Position numbers and translations under genes: made by a program. Under the pieces are notes generated by a model. It was not told the DNA's origin. It made no database searches and was given only the letters and a program-made list of their open reading frames with translations. A DNA stretch of 64,000 nt from NCBI GenBank assembly GCA_965198325.1, contig CBDAPE010000019.1, positions 75,284-139,283 of the forward strand. The letters run 5' to 3'. The DNA comes from Alphaproteobacteria bacterium (GTDB lineage: Bacteria; Pseudomonadota; Alphaproteobacteria; UBA828; JAPUJA01). Of this stretch, positions 20,609 to 30,386 are shown piece by piece; positions within the stretch are counted from its first letter, which is position 1; the number at the start of each line of letters is the position of its first letter.

Positions 20609-21678
20609 TACGCCCTCTCCTTCGACCCGAAGGTGATGTGATAGCGGCTGAAGAACTCAACCGTGACGAGGCTGAGCAGGATGATGGCTTCGATCAGCGT
20701 CGTGATGGCGCGCGGCAGTTGATAGAACACCATCAGCGTGTCACCGGCAGTATAGACACCGCCAACCACGAACGCGGTAATGACGACCGGGATCGGGCGG
20801 AAACGCCCGATGAACGCAATGACGATGCCGCTAAACGTGTAGCCCCAGGCGATAAACAGGGTCATGCGGTATTCCTGCCCGGCGATCAGGCCGGCGCCCG
20901 CCATGCCTGCAAGGCCGCCCGACATGACGACCGCGACCGCGATGGTAAGCACGACGGGAACGCCCGCCGCGCGGGCAGTGTTCACGTTGACCCCGATGGC
21001 GTCCATGTAAAAGCCGAAGCGCGATCGGGTCATGACGAACCAGAGCACAAGGCTGGCGCCAACCGCTATCCAGATTCCCGTGTGCGAAGACCCCCAGCCG
21101 AAGCGGGCGAGCCGCTCGACCCCTTCGTCGTAGTGGCGCGAATTGGGAAACGCACTGCCCGGGTCGTGCCAGGCGCCGAACAGAAGATGTTCGACGAGCT
21201 TGAAGGCGACGTAGGTCAGCAGCAACGAGGTGATGATCTCGTTCACCCCGAAGCGAAGCTTGAGGTACGCCGGGATGCTCACCCAGGCAGCCCCGGCCAC
21301 GGCAGCCGCGACGAACATGAGCGGCAGGCGAAGCCATTCGGGTCCGATGTCGTAGAGGGCGACGCCCGTGGCGGCGATACAGCCCAGCCACATCTGGCCC
21401 TCGACGCCGATGTTCCAGAATTTGAGCTTGAGCGCGGCGGCCGATGCCAAGCCCACGAGAACCAGCGGCGTCGAAGCAGTAACCACCTGCGCCAAGCCGT
21501 TCAGGTCGAGGAAAACATAGACCACGAATTCGTTGATGATCTGCCCCGGCGTCACACCGCTGGCGACGAGAATTCCGAACGAAATCAGCAGGCCCAGAAC
21601 GATGCCGCCGATGAACGTCGCCGCCCGTATCCACACCGGGATCTGCTGGCGCGGGACGAGATAAATCGGACTAAGCAT
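20608..21678 (-). CDS. Nucleoside-type ABC transporter permease
   Basis: FWNIGVEGQ, GVNEIITSLLL, SRFGF, multiple TM segments. Confidence 0.9.
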   Translation of the reverse strand: MLSPIYLVPRQQIPVWIRAATFIGGIVLGLLISFGILVASGVTPGQIINEFVVYVFLDLNGLAQVVTASTPLVLVGLASAAALKLKFWNIGVEGQMWLGCIAATGVALYDIGPEWLRLPLMFVAAAVAGAAWVSIPAYLKLRFGVNEIITSLLLTYVAFKLVEHLLFGAWHDPGSAFPNSRHYDEGVERLARFGWGSSHTGIWIAVGASLVLWFVMTRSRFGFYMDAIGVNVNTARAAGVPVVLTIAVAVVMSGGLAGMAGAGLIAGQEYRMTLFIAWGYTFSGIVIAFIGRFRPIPVVITAFVVGGVYTAGDTLMVFYQLPRAITTLIEAIILLSLVTVEFFSRYHITFGSKERA

Positions 21679-23173
21679 GACCCATCATCAGCTTTCCGAT
21701 ATCCTCACGCGAAACCTGATCGGCTTGGAATTCTCCCACGATCTGACCCCGGCTAATAACAGCAATCGTAGTCGTGATCGCGAGCACCTCCTCGAGATCC
21801 TCGCTGATCAGCACGCACGCGCTGCCCTCATCGGCGGCTTGCTGGAGCAGGTTGTGGACGGTCTGGTAGGCGCTAACGTCCAGCCCACGGGTCGGCGAAT
21901 GGGCGATCATCACGCTGGTGTCCTTGCCCAGCTCGCGCGAGAGCAGAAGCTTTTGCGCGTTACCGCCCGAGAGCAGCCGTGCCGGCGTCCCCGGGGCCGC
22001 ACCCTGGATGCCGTACTCCTCGATTGCCTCGCCCGCGGCGCGCCGCATGGCGTGACGATTGACCCATGCCCAGCCGCCATACTGGCCTGCGGGCACGCCC
22101 GTCACGCCGTGATTTTCGTAGACGGTCAAATCCGCCATGAGCCCGGTGCGAAAGCGATCGGCGGGAATCGCGCGCATCCCCTGTTGGCGGAACGCCGGTA
22201 CACCCTTGCCCGCGACATCCGTGCCGTCGATCTTGATCTGGCCACGCAGGGGGCTGCGCATGCCCATGAGGGCGTCGGCCAACTCCTGTTGGCCGTTGCC
22301 GCCGATCCCCGCAACCCCATAAATTTCACCGCCGCGCACCACGAAGCCCGCGCCGTCGACGCCGATACCCCCGCCTATCCGGGGCACGGTGAGGTTTTCG
22401 ATATGAAGCCGTGCCTCCCCGAGAGGACGCTCGCGGCGCTGTTCCTTGACGGTCTCCTCGCCGACCATGGTCCGGGCCAGGGTTCCCGCATCGAGGCCCT
22501 CGGTCTGGGCGCCCGCCATGACGGTTTCGCCGCGCCGCATCACCGTCACCCGCGATGAATAGCCGATCACCTCGCGCAGCTTGTGGGTGATCAGGACAAC
22601 CGCGTGGCCTTCCTGGGCGAGTTGCTGCAGGAACGAAAGCGCGGCTGCGGATTCCTGGTCCGTCAACACCGCGGTGGGTTCATCCAGGATGAGAATCTTC
22701 GCACCCAGCAGCAGAACCTTGAGGATCTCGACGCGTTGCTGCTCGGCGATCGACAAGTCGCCCACGACGGCGTTCGGGTCGATCTCGAAGCCGACTTCCA
22801 TCGCCTTCGCGGCGACAGCGTCCGCCGCTTCTTTCTTGCCCCGGATTCCAAGCACCGGGCCGCAGGCGAGGACGACGTTCTCGGCGACCGTAAATCGTTT
22901 AACCAGCTTGTAATGCTGATGAACCATGCCGATTCCGAGTTTTGACGCCTCGGCGGGCTCGGCGATGGTGACGGACTGGCCGTCGACGGAAATCGACCCT
23001 TCATCCGGGGCGTAGAGCCCGCAGACAACATTCATCAGAGTCGATTTGCCGGCCCCGTTTTCGCCGAGCAACGCGTGCACCTCGCCCCATTCGCATTCGA
23101 ACGAGGCGTGGCGCAGCGCTGGACGGCCGTCGAACTCCTTGCTCGCGTCGGTGATCTGTAAGGCTTTGCTCAT
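21671..23173 (-). CDS. ABC transporter ATP-binding protein (two ABC domains)
   Basis: GENGAGKST, LILDEPT, LSGGNAQK, HSPTRGLDV. Confidence 0.95.
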   Translation of the reverse strand: MSKALQITDASKEFDGRPALRHASFECEWGEVHALLGENGAGKSTLMNVVCGLYAPDEGSISVDGQSVTIAEPAEASKLGIGMVHQHYKLVKRFTVAENVVLACGPVLGIRGKKEAADAVAAKAMEVGFEIDPNAVVGDLSIAEQQRVEILKVLLLGAKILILDEPTAVLTDQESAAALSFLQQLAQEGHAVVLITHKLREVIGYSSRVTVMRRGETVMAGAQTEGLDAGTLARTMVGEETVKEQRRERPLGEARLHIENLTVPRIGGGIGVDGAGFVVRGGEIYGVAGIGGNGQQELADALMGMRSPLRGQIKIDGTDVAGKGVPAFRQQGMRAIPADRFRTGLMADLTVYENHGVTGVPAGQYGGWAWVNRHAMRRAAGEAIEEYGIQGAAPGTPARLLSGGNAQKLLLSRELGKDTSVMIAHSPTRGLDVSAYQTVHNLLQQAADEGSACVLISEDLEEVLAITTTIAVISRGQIVGEFQADQVSREDIGKLMMGHA

Positions 23174-23215
23174 CTCAGCAACGCGAGTAAGGAGTAGGAC
23201 CGAGAAATAGCCGGC

Positions 23216-24310
23216 TTATTCTTCCGGCATCGTTCCGATCGAGCCCTGGACGAAGTAGGTCATCCCCCAAAGGTCGTCATCGGAAAGAACCTCTCCCTCG
23301 GGAACGGCAAGCGAGCCATCCTGCTTGTAGAGCGGACCCTGGAACGGATCGAGCGCGCCGCCGATCATCGCCTGACGCGCCGCATTGACGTCCGCCACGG
23401 CGGCCGCCGGCACCCAGTCCGCGATCGGTTCAACGTCGAAGACGCCGGTATCGATGCCTTCCCACCAGCCCCATTCTCCGGGCACCCAGGTGCCAGCGAT
23501 GATCGCTTCGATGGCCGGGATCAGATAGCCTTCCCACTTGTAGACCATCGAGGTCGCGACGGCATCGGGAGCCACACCCGACGTGTCGACTTGGAAGCCG
23601 ACCGACCACTTGCCCTCTTCGGCGAAGGCGAGATGCGGGCCGGGCGTGCTCATGTTCGAACCCAGCACGTCGACGCCCTGCTCGAGCAGCGCTGCCGCGG
23701 CCTGGGTCTCCTTGACCGGGTCGTACCAAGAATTGACGAAGACGCCGACCATCTCGATGTCGGGATCAACCGACTGCGCGCCGCGCAGGAAGGCGTTGAG
23801 ATCCCAGTTGACCACACCTAGCGGATAGCCGCCGATAGTGCCGACCTTCTTGGTCTGGGTCATATGGCCGGCGATGATCCCGGCGAGATACCAGCCTTGA
23901 TAGCTCCGGGCATAGAAGCTCTCGAGATTGGCGGAATTCGTCTCGCCCGCACAATTCAGGAACGCGACATTGGGGTACTTGTTGGCGGCTTCAAGAAATG
24001 CGTCGCCATAGCCCCAGGAGGTACCGATGATGATGTTGTGGCCACGATCGACATAGAGGTCGATGATCCGCAGGATTTCCGAATTGTCCTCGGGCACGTT
24101 CTCCGTGTACGCGATATCGATTCCGATTGCGTCCGCGGTTTTGGCCCGGGCGTATTCCAGCGCTTCCGACCAACCGCCGTCGTTGATTGTCGCCAGTTGC
24201 AGCATGGCGATCTTGGGATCGCCTTCGATCTGCACCTGAGCGTCGGCCGCCGACACAGCAAACACGCTGAGAGCGACAGCCGCGAGCGTTCGCGTAATCC
24301 ATTTAAACAT
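23216..24310 (-). CDS. BMP family (purine nucleoside-type) ABC substrate-binding protein
   Basis: Signal peptide MFKWITRTLAAVALSVFAVSAADA, INDGGWS, IIIGTSWGYGD, FLRGAQSVDP, VNSWYDP; start at 24310 with AGGGAG RBS. Confidence 0.88.
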   Translation of the reverse strand: MFKWITRTLAAVALSVFAVSAADAQVQIEGDPKIAMLQLATINDGGWSEALEYARAKTADAIGIDIAYTENVPEDNSEILRIIDLYVDRGHNIIIGTSWGYGDAFLEAANKYPNVAFLNCAGETNSANLESFYARSYQGWYLAGIIAGHMTQTKKVGTIGGYPLGVVNWDLNAFLRGAQSVDPDIEMVGVFVNSWYDPVKETQAAAALLEQGVDVLGSNMSTPGPHLAFAEEGKWSVGFQVDTSGVAPDAVATSMVYKWEGYLIPAIEAIIAGTWVPGEWGWWEGIDTGVFDVEPIADWVPAAAVADVNAARQAMIGGALDPFQGPLYKQDGSLAVPEGEVLSDDDLWGMTYFVQGSIGTMPEE

Positions 24311-24625
24311 CTTGAAATTCTCCCTTGCCGTTGCGATGGCTTGATTAACCATCAATCCGAATACCGGATACGGTATCCAATTATTGACGATTGGCAAACT
24401 ATCTGTCAATCACTCTCGCCGAAGCCCATTACTTACCTACATAGCCACTTTCCGACCCCAGCCGTCGATCTCACTTATGGTAATTCTGTTTCCATGCCAT
24501 TCTTCCATTCCCATCCGCGAATGGAAAGGTTGATAAGACCGCATGTGCCACCCCGGCACGCGCCTGTTTATCCGCCCACTGAACAGGATTACGCGCTCGG
24601 GGCGAAATTCGAATCCTCAATAGCT

Positions 24626-25249
24626 CTATGAGCCGACTTGGACCAACACGTCCGTGTTTTCGTCGCCACAAATCCGCGTGATGTCCTGCGGACAGGCCGA
24701 AATCGCGACCACGATGTCCATCTGGGCCTCGAAGGTGATGTTGTCGCCGGGCTTGGTGTCGGGCGAGAGCAGCATGATCTGCTTGTCCGACGTCCAGGGA
24801 AAATGAGTGAACAGGTTCCACGGCTGGGGCGTAAAGGGCAGCTCGATGCCGGACTTGCCGATCGCCTCGTGAAGATTGTCCTGGCAGTTCACGTGATAGC
24901 CGTCGTGGCCCAGACCCTCGAACCGGGTTTGATCGCAGGCTGCGAGCAGCATGTCGTGCTGACCGGGGGAGTTGTCCTCGATCATGGTTACGAGAGACCG
25001 GCGCTTGTTGCTCACGGCCGACTGGCCGGGCCGGACTTCCATGCTGAGGTTATGGACCCGGGTATGCTCCATGGACATGTATTCGAACGGGTCTTCCCTG
25101 TTGAAGACCCAGAAATCGATGGGTTGCATGCCCTCCAGGTCGGTCAGACGGAACTTCTGCCCCATCTTGACCTCGAAACTGTAGCCGGTGCGTCTGGGCA
25201 CCTTGTGCTCGTGGCTGAGCGAGCCGATATCCGCCTTTGCATCCGTCAT
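24626..25249 (-). CDS. DUF1989 (urea-carboxylase-associated family) protein
   Basis: TDLEGMQPIDFWVFN, HDMLLAACD, HVNCQDNL, NLFT, SACPQD. Confidence 0.82.
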   Translation of the reverse strand: MTDAKADIGSLSHEHKVPRRTGYSFEVKMGQKFRLTDLEGMQPIDFWVFNREDPFEYMSMEHTRVHNLSMEVRPGQSAVSNKRRSLVTMIEDNSPGQHDMLLAACDQTRFEGLGHDGYHVNCQDNLHEAIGKSGIELPFTPQPWNLFTHFPWTSDKQIMLLSPDTKPGDNITFEAQMDIVVAISACPQDITRICGDENTDVLVQVGS

Positions 25250-25312
25250 GGCCTTTTTTCTCCCTCGTTTTGATGGGTATTCCCTTCGCGCATGGTCTCC
25301 GAAGGCCCGCTC

Positions 25313-26449
25313 TCAGGCGCCGTTCATGACCTTCGCAATCCGCTCCTGAAACGCGATCTGAGTGTAATCCCACGAACCCGCGAAGTAGGTTTCGTTGGAC
25401 GCCGGCGAGCGGCGCCCCGCATGCATCCGCTCGACGATGGGTACATCCTCTTCGTTGACCTCGACGAGCAGACCGTTGAGGCTTTCAAAGTGACGGGCAT
25501 TCTCGGGCCGCGTGGTCGCCGCGGGGGCGTAGACCGCGAAGGTTTCGTTGGTATGCTCGGGCCCGTCGGGATAGGGCAGGATTACCTGATAATAGTTCGC
25601 GGTCAGGATGAGCATTGCGTTGGGCAGGATGCCGAGCAGATCCATGCCGTCTTCGATGTGAGGCGGGATGCCCACGAACTTCGGCAGCGGATCGTCATGG
25701 CTGTCCCAGCCGATCTCGACTCCGGCGTTCGGCCAGCACGCGCCCAGAACATCGGGCCGAAGCACCAGGTCTTCATAGTTGACGGTATTCTCGGCCACGC
25801 CAATTCCGGCGTGAACGTTGTAGAGATGATAGTAATCGAGGAAGTTCTCGGTCACGAGCTTCCAATTGGCCTCGAATTCGAAGTCCGAGCAGTGGATGCA
25901 CGCGAGATCGCCATGGTCGAGCGACGACCAGCGGTCCTGGACCGGTGCGATATATTCTTCGAAGGGCGGCGCATCGCCGGAAAGATTGACGAACACGATG
26001 TCCATCCACACCGCGAAGCGCACAGGCACCAGCCCCAGCGATTTTACCGTCGCCTCGTCGGGCGCCGAATTGCCCTTCGCCTTGTCCCAGTAGGGCGTGC
26101 CCTTGAGCCCGCCGTCGAGCCCATACCACCAACGGTGATAGGGGCAGACGATCTTGCTGCCCTTGTTCGGCCCGGCGTCCTCGACGAGCTTGAGACCCCG
26201 GTGCCGGCAAGCGTTCTGGAAGACGTGCAGCGCCCCGGCCTTGTCCCGGGTGATCAGCAGGGGTTCGCCGGCGATGGTGACGGGATGCACAAAACCCGGT
26301 TCGGGAAGCTGGGCGCCCAACCCGACCGCGACCCAGCCGGGGCGGAAGATCCGCTCAATCTCCTCATCGTAGTAGTCCTGGCTGAGATAGGCATCCCGGG
26401 GCAGCCGGGTCTTGACCGGTTGATCGTCGAAAGAGCCAATGGGTTCCAT
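25313..26449 (-). CDS. Rieske non-heme iron oxygenase alpha subunit (choline monooxygenase / N-demethylase-like)
   Basis: NACRHRG and CPYHRW Rieske motifs; NWKLVTENFLDYYHLYNVH mononuclear Fe motif. Confidence 0.9.
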   Translation of the reverse strand: MEPIGSFDDQPVKTRLPRDAYLSQDYYDEEIERIFRPGWVAVGLGAQLPEPGFVHPVTIAGEPLLITRDKAGALHVFQNACRHRGLKLVEDAGPNKGSKIVCPYHRWWYGLDGGLKGTPYWDKAKGNSAPDEATVKSLGLVPVRFAVWMDIVFVNLSGDAPPFEEYIAPVQDRWSSLDHGDLACIHCSDFEFEANWKLVTENFLDYYHLYNVHAGIGVAENTVNYEDLVLRPDVLGACWPNAGVEIGWDSHDDPLPKFVGIPPHIEDGMDLLGILPNAMLILTANYYQVILPYPDGPEHTNETFAVYAPAATTRPENARHFESLNGLLVEVNEEDVPIVERMHAGRRSPASNETYFAGSWDYTQIAFQERIAKVMNGA

Positions 26450-26641
26450 CGTTCAACTCATCCCATGTCCACCGTCGCCCTCAGGCGCCGGTCTTCTCGG
26501 CGTCCGGGGCACCGGACCCGTCCCTGTCACTTGTAACAGCTGCCTTATTATAATAAAAATCAATAAAATAAATGGGTATATGATCTCTGCCAATAATCCG
26601 GAGATTTCGGCAGAATTGATATAAAGCCCTGACATCGAACG

Positions 26642-27517
26642 ATGATGAACCAAAATATCCCGATTGATCTGCTTCGAACCTTCGTGCTGATCGTGGGTAA
26701 CAGCAGCTTCTCCCGCACGGCGAAGAAAATCGGCCGGACCCAGTCGGCCACCAGTCTCCAAATGAAGCGCCTCGAAACCTTCATTGGCGCGGCGCTGTTT
26801 CACCGGCGCGGCAAGTCGCTCGCGCTCACTCCCCAAGGCGAGGTGCTGCTGCAATACGCCCGCCAGATCCTGGCGCTCAACGACGAATGCCTCGACCGAA
26901 TTTCGGGTCAGTTGCTGCTGGGCCAGGTCAAGATCGGCGTGCCAAGCGATTTTGCGATCTCGTTCCTGCCCCAGATCCTCGGCGAGTTCTCCGAGGCCAA
27001 TCCCAACGTCGCCCTCCACGTCACCTGCGAGCTCAGCGCCGACTTGACGGCTCAGATTGGCGAGTCCGATTTCGATCTGGTGTTGGCGCTGCACGAGGGC
27101 CGGCGTTCGCCGTTTCTCGTGCGTAAGTGGCAGGACCCCGTCGACTGGGTCTGCAGCAAGACCCACGTGATCGAGACCCGCATGCCCCTGCCGCTGATCC
27201 TGTTTCCCGAGGGCTGCTACTACCGGGCGCGAATTCTTGCGACGCTCACCGAGCGGAACATCCCCTACAAGATCGTGTTTACCAGCCCGAATTTGGCGGG
27301 GCTTCAGGCCGCCATCGAGAGCGGCCTGGGGGTAACGGCCCTGTCGGAAGCGACGATTCCGAAGAGCTTGCGGAGATTCCCGGCGGGCCAGGCGTTGCCG
27401 GCGCTCGACGATGTCGAGGTCGGTCTGTACTGGGACGAGCGGGGCATGACCGAACCCACTCGCCAGCTCTCGAGCTTCATCACCCAGACCCTCGACCGGC
27501 GGCTTGCGCGGGCCTGA
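26642..27517 (+). CDS. LysR family transcriptional regulator
   Basis: DLLRTFVLIV..SFSRTAKKIGRTQSATSLQMKRLE; divergent from Rieske gene. Confidence 0.95.
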   Translation: MMNQNIPIDLLRTFVLIVGNSSFSRTAKKIGRTQSATSLQMKRLETFIGAALFHRRGKSLALTPQGEVLLQYARQILALNDECLDRISGQLLLGQVKIGVPSDFAISFLPQILGEFSEANPNVALHVTCELSADLTAQIGESDFDLVLALHEGRRSPFLVRKWQDPVDWVCSKTHVIETRMPLPLILFPEGCYYRARILATLTERNIPYKIVFTSPNLAGLQAAIESGLGVTALSEATIPKSLRRFPAGQALPALDDVEVGLYWDERGMTEPTRQLSSFITQTLDRRLARA

Positions 27518-27537
27518 ACGGGATCACTGCGCAGCGC

Positions 27538-28911
27538 TCAGATGCGCTCGAAATAGCGCTTGCGCTCTCAGTCCGTCACGACCTCGTTGTCGAACGAGGC
27601 TTGCTCAACCCGGGCGAAATTGAGCAGGTGCTTGTAGGCGGCTTCGCCCAGCATGTCCTGGGCAGCCTAGCTCTTCTCGAACTCGGCGATCGCCTGGTAG
27701 AGGGCGAGCGGAACCTTGGGCAGATCCTCGTCCTCATAGGCGTTGCCCCGGTAGACGTCCGGCGTCGCCAGCTTGTTTTCGATTCCGTACCGCCCTGCCG
27801 CCAAGGTCGCCGCGATGCCCAGGTAGGGATTGACATCGGCGCCGGGGATGCGGTTTTCGATGCGGAAGGATTCATGTTCGCCGCACAGCCGGAATCCGCA
27901 GCTCCGGTTGTCCTCGCCCAGTGCAATCTGGATCGGCGCGAAGGACAGCGGCTCGAAACGCTTGTAGGAATTCACCGTCGGCGCGTACATCCAGGTGAAT
28001 TCCCGCGCAGTCGTCAGGAGACCGCCGAGGAACTGACCGAAGGTCTCCGCGATGTGGTCGGGCCGACTGTCGTCCCAGCACTGCGGCGTCTTGCCCTCGG
28101 AATCCCAGAGGCTCGTGTGAAAGTGGCAGGAGGAGCCGATTTCCTCCTTCCAGATCTTCGGCATGAAGCTCGCGGACATGCCGTTGAGCGCGGCGATCTC
28201 CTTGACGCCGTGTTTGTAAAGCATATGCCGGTCCGCCATCTCGAGCGTATCGGCGTATTTGAGGTTGATCTCCTGCTGGCCCAACCCCCATTCCACCTTG
28301 GAAAACTCGATCTCGATGCCGGCGGCGCTCATGCCGTCGCGAATCTGCTGGATGACCGGTTCGAGCTTGGTCGACTGCAGGATGTGGTAGTCGGCGGGAT
28401 AGCGTGAGGTCGGGTTCATATCCCGGTAACCCTTGTCCCAGGCCTCTTCGTAACTGTCGTTGAACAGAAAGAACTCCAACTCGGACGCGAATTTCGCGGT
28501 GATCCCCAGTTTTGCGGCATTCTCGATCTCACGCTTGAGTATGTTGCGCGGCGCCATTTCAATCGGCTTTTCCGTGCCCTCGTAGCAGGGGTCGCAGATC
28601 ACCATGGCCGTGCGGTCGAGCCAGGGCATCAGCCGGATGGCGTCGAGATCGGGCACGTAGGCGCAGTCGTGCAATCCCGTATCGAAGCTCGTCAACTCAT
28701 AGCCGGGCTGGGGCCACATTTCCATACTGACGACGAAGATATAGAGCGAGCCGTGCAGCCCTTCCTGACCCAGTGCGGTTTCGAGGAACGTCTTGCCGGT
28801 CAGGCGCTTGCCCATAAGGCGGCCCCAGATATCGGGCAACGCGCAGACCACCGTCGTAACCTCGCCGCTCTCGATGCAGCGTTTCAGGTCGTCAATCGTG
28901 AGCTTGGCCAT
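27538..28911 (-). pseudogene. Glutamine-synthetase-like (gamma-glutamylamide ligase) gene with in-frame TAG (27667-27669) and TGA (27568-27570)
   Basis: FASELEFF, VEWGLGQQEIN, GSSCHFHTSLW, DNRSCGFR, RIENRIPGADVNPY; frame continues past stops as S*AAQDMLGEAAYKHLLNFARVEQASFDNEVVTD*ERKRYFERI. Confidence 0.8.
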
Positions 28912-28970
28912 CGCTCCTGGTCCTCCCTGCCCGTCTTTTTTTTGCGTCGGCGCTTAATGCGCCGCCGCTT

Positions 28971-29702
28971 CTAATAATTGCACAATCCGCCATCGACCAG
29001 GAGGTTGGTCCCTGTGATGTAGGAGGCCCGCTCGGAGAGCAGAAATTCGATCCCGTCGGCGATTTCCTCCGCAGTCCCCATGCGGCCCATGGGAATCCGC
29101 CTGACAGGGCCGTGCTCCGCCTCGGCGAGGCGGCGCATGTCGTCGCTCATGTCGACGTCGATGATGCCGGGCGCAATCGAGTTCACCCGGATCCCCTTCG
29201 GAGCGAGATCGGTCGCGCAATTGCGTGTATAGCTTTCGAGCGCCGCCTTGGTCGCGCCATAGAGCTGCATGAAATCGACATAGGGAATGCGGCAACTCAC
29301 GGAGCTGATGTTGACGATTGCGCCGCCCGCGGTCATGCGCGAGGCCGCCGCGCTGGTCATGCGCGCCATACCGAAAACGTTGATATCGAACATTTGCTTG
29401 ACCCGCTTCTCGTCCCAATCGTCGACGGAGCTTGCAACGAGGATGCCAGCGCAGTTCACGACCGCCTTGAGGCTGCCCAGCGCCGCCGCGGCCTCGGTCG
29501 CCGCCTCGCAGCTAGCCCGATCCGTCACGTCGAGATGCTGGAGCACCACTTCGCCTGGCATGTCATCGCGCAACGCACCGTTATTAGCGGGGTCGACCGT
29601 GCTATCGGCCGAAACGACAGTGTAGCCGACCTCGCTGAGCCGGCGATCGATGGCCCGGCCGATTCCGCCCTGACCCCCGGTAACGAGTGCGATCGCTTTC
29701 AC
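28971..29702 (-). CDS. Short-chain dehydrogenase/reductase
   Basis: TGGQGGIG, NCAG, YGATK, RVNSIAPG. Confidence 0.92.
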   Translation of the reverse strand: MKAIALVTGGQGGIGRAIDRRLSEVGYTVVSADSTVDPANNGALRDDMPGEVVLQHLDVTDRASCEAATEAAAALGSLKAVVNCAGILVASSVDDWDEKRVKQMFDINVFGMARMTSAAASRMTAGGAIVNISSVSCRIPYVDFMQLYGATKAALESYTRNCATDLAPKGIRVNSIAPGIIDVDMSDDMRRLAEAEHGPVRRIPMGRMGTAEEIADGIEFLLSERASYITGTNLLVDGGLCNY

Positions 29703-29744
29703 GATGAAAAATCCCCCGATTGCTGATTTGTCTGGCGCTGGGCG

Positions 29745-30260
29745 TTACAGGCCGATCGGCGCATAGGCGCCAAACTGGCTATAGCCGTAAAGCAATGGCG
29801 GGCCTTCCTCGCCCAGATGCATGGCCATCACCCGGCCGACGATCACGGTGTGGCTTCCCGCTTCGACAGTGTCGTGGACTTGGCAATCGAAACAGGCCAT
29901 CGCATCCATAAGCGCCGGGGCGCCGGTGTCCAGACTCGCCCACTCACCGGATTGAAACCTCTCGACGGACCGCTCGCTGCTGGAGAAGACCTTGGCCTGC
30001 TCGGCGTGCCGCCTGGCCAGAACATTGGCGCAAAACGACCGGTTTTCCAAAATCGCATCGTGGGCACTGGCACCCTTGTTGACGCATACCAACAACATGG
30101 GCGGGTTGTCCGAGACCGAGCAGACTGCGGACGCCGCCAGCCCGCGCCGATCCTCGCCGTGACCCGTTGCGATGATCGTAACGCCGGCGCACAAATGGCG
30201 CATTCCGGTGCGAAATTGCTCACCATCGGGCGCGGTATCCCACCCGGCGGCCTGCGTCAT
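29745..30260 (-). CDS. Flavin reductase family protein
   Basis: FRTGMRHLCAGVTII, SVSDNPPMLLVCVN, GSHTVIVGRV. Confidence 0.9.
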   Translation of the reverse strand: MTQAAGWDTAPDGEQFRTGMRHLCAGVTIIATGHGEDRRGLAASAVCSVSDNPPMLLVCVNKGASAHDAILENRSFCANVLARRHAEQAKVFSSSERSVERFQSGEWASLDTGAPALMDAMACFDCQVHDTVEAGSHTVIVGRVMAMHLGEEGPPLLYGYSQFGAYAPIGL

Positions 30261-30386
30261 ATCGTTCGGCCCAGCCCCCTTCTAACGCCTTAATTCGCTC
30301 GGATTATTACCGGTCCTCTTCAAAGGTATAATTTTCACACCTTTAATTTACGGGGTCAACCGAGCGAGACCTCCAGTGATGGGATT

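Noticed and set aside
24503-24526. TTCCATTC/GAATGGAA hairpin as riboswitch or terminator upstream of the BMP operon
   Set aside because: No U-tract and no recognisable aptamer; too little to support a call.
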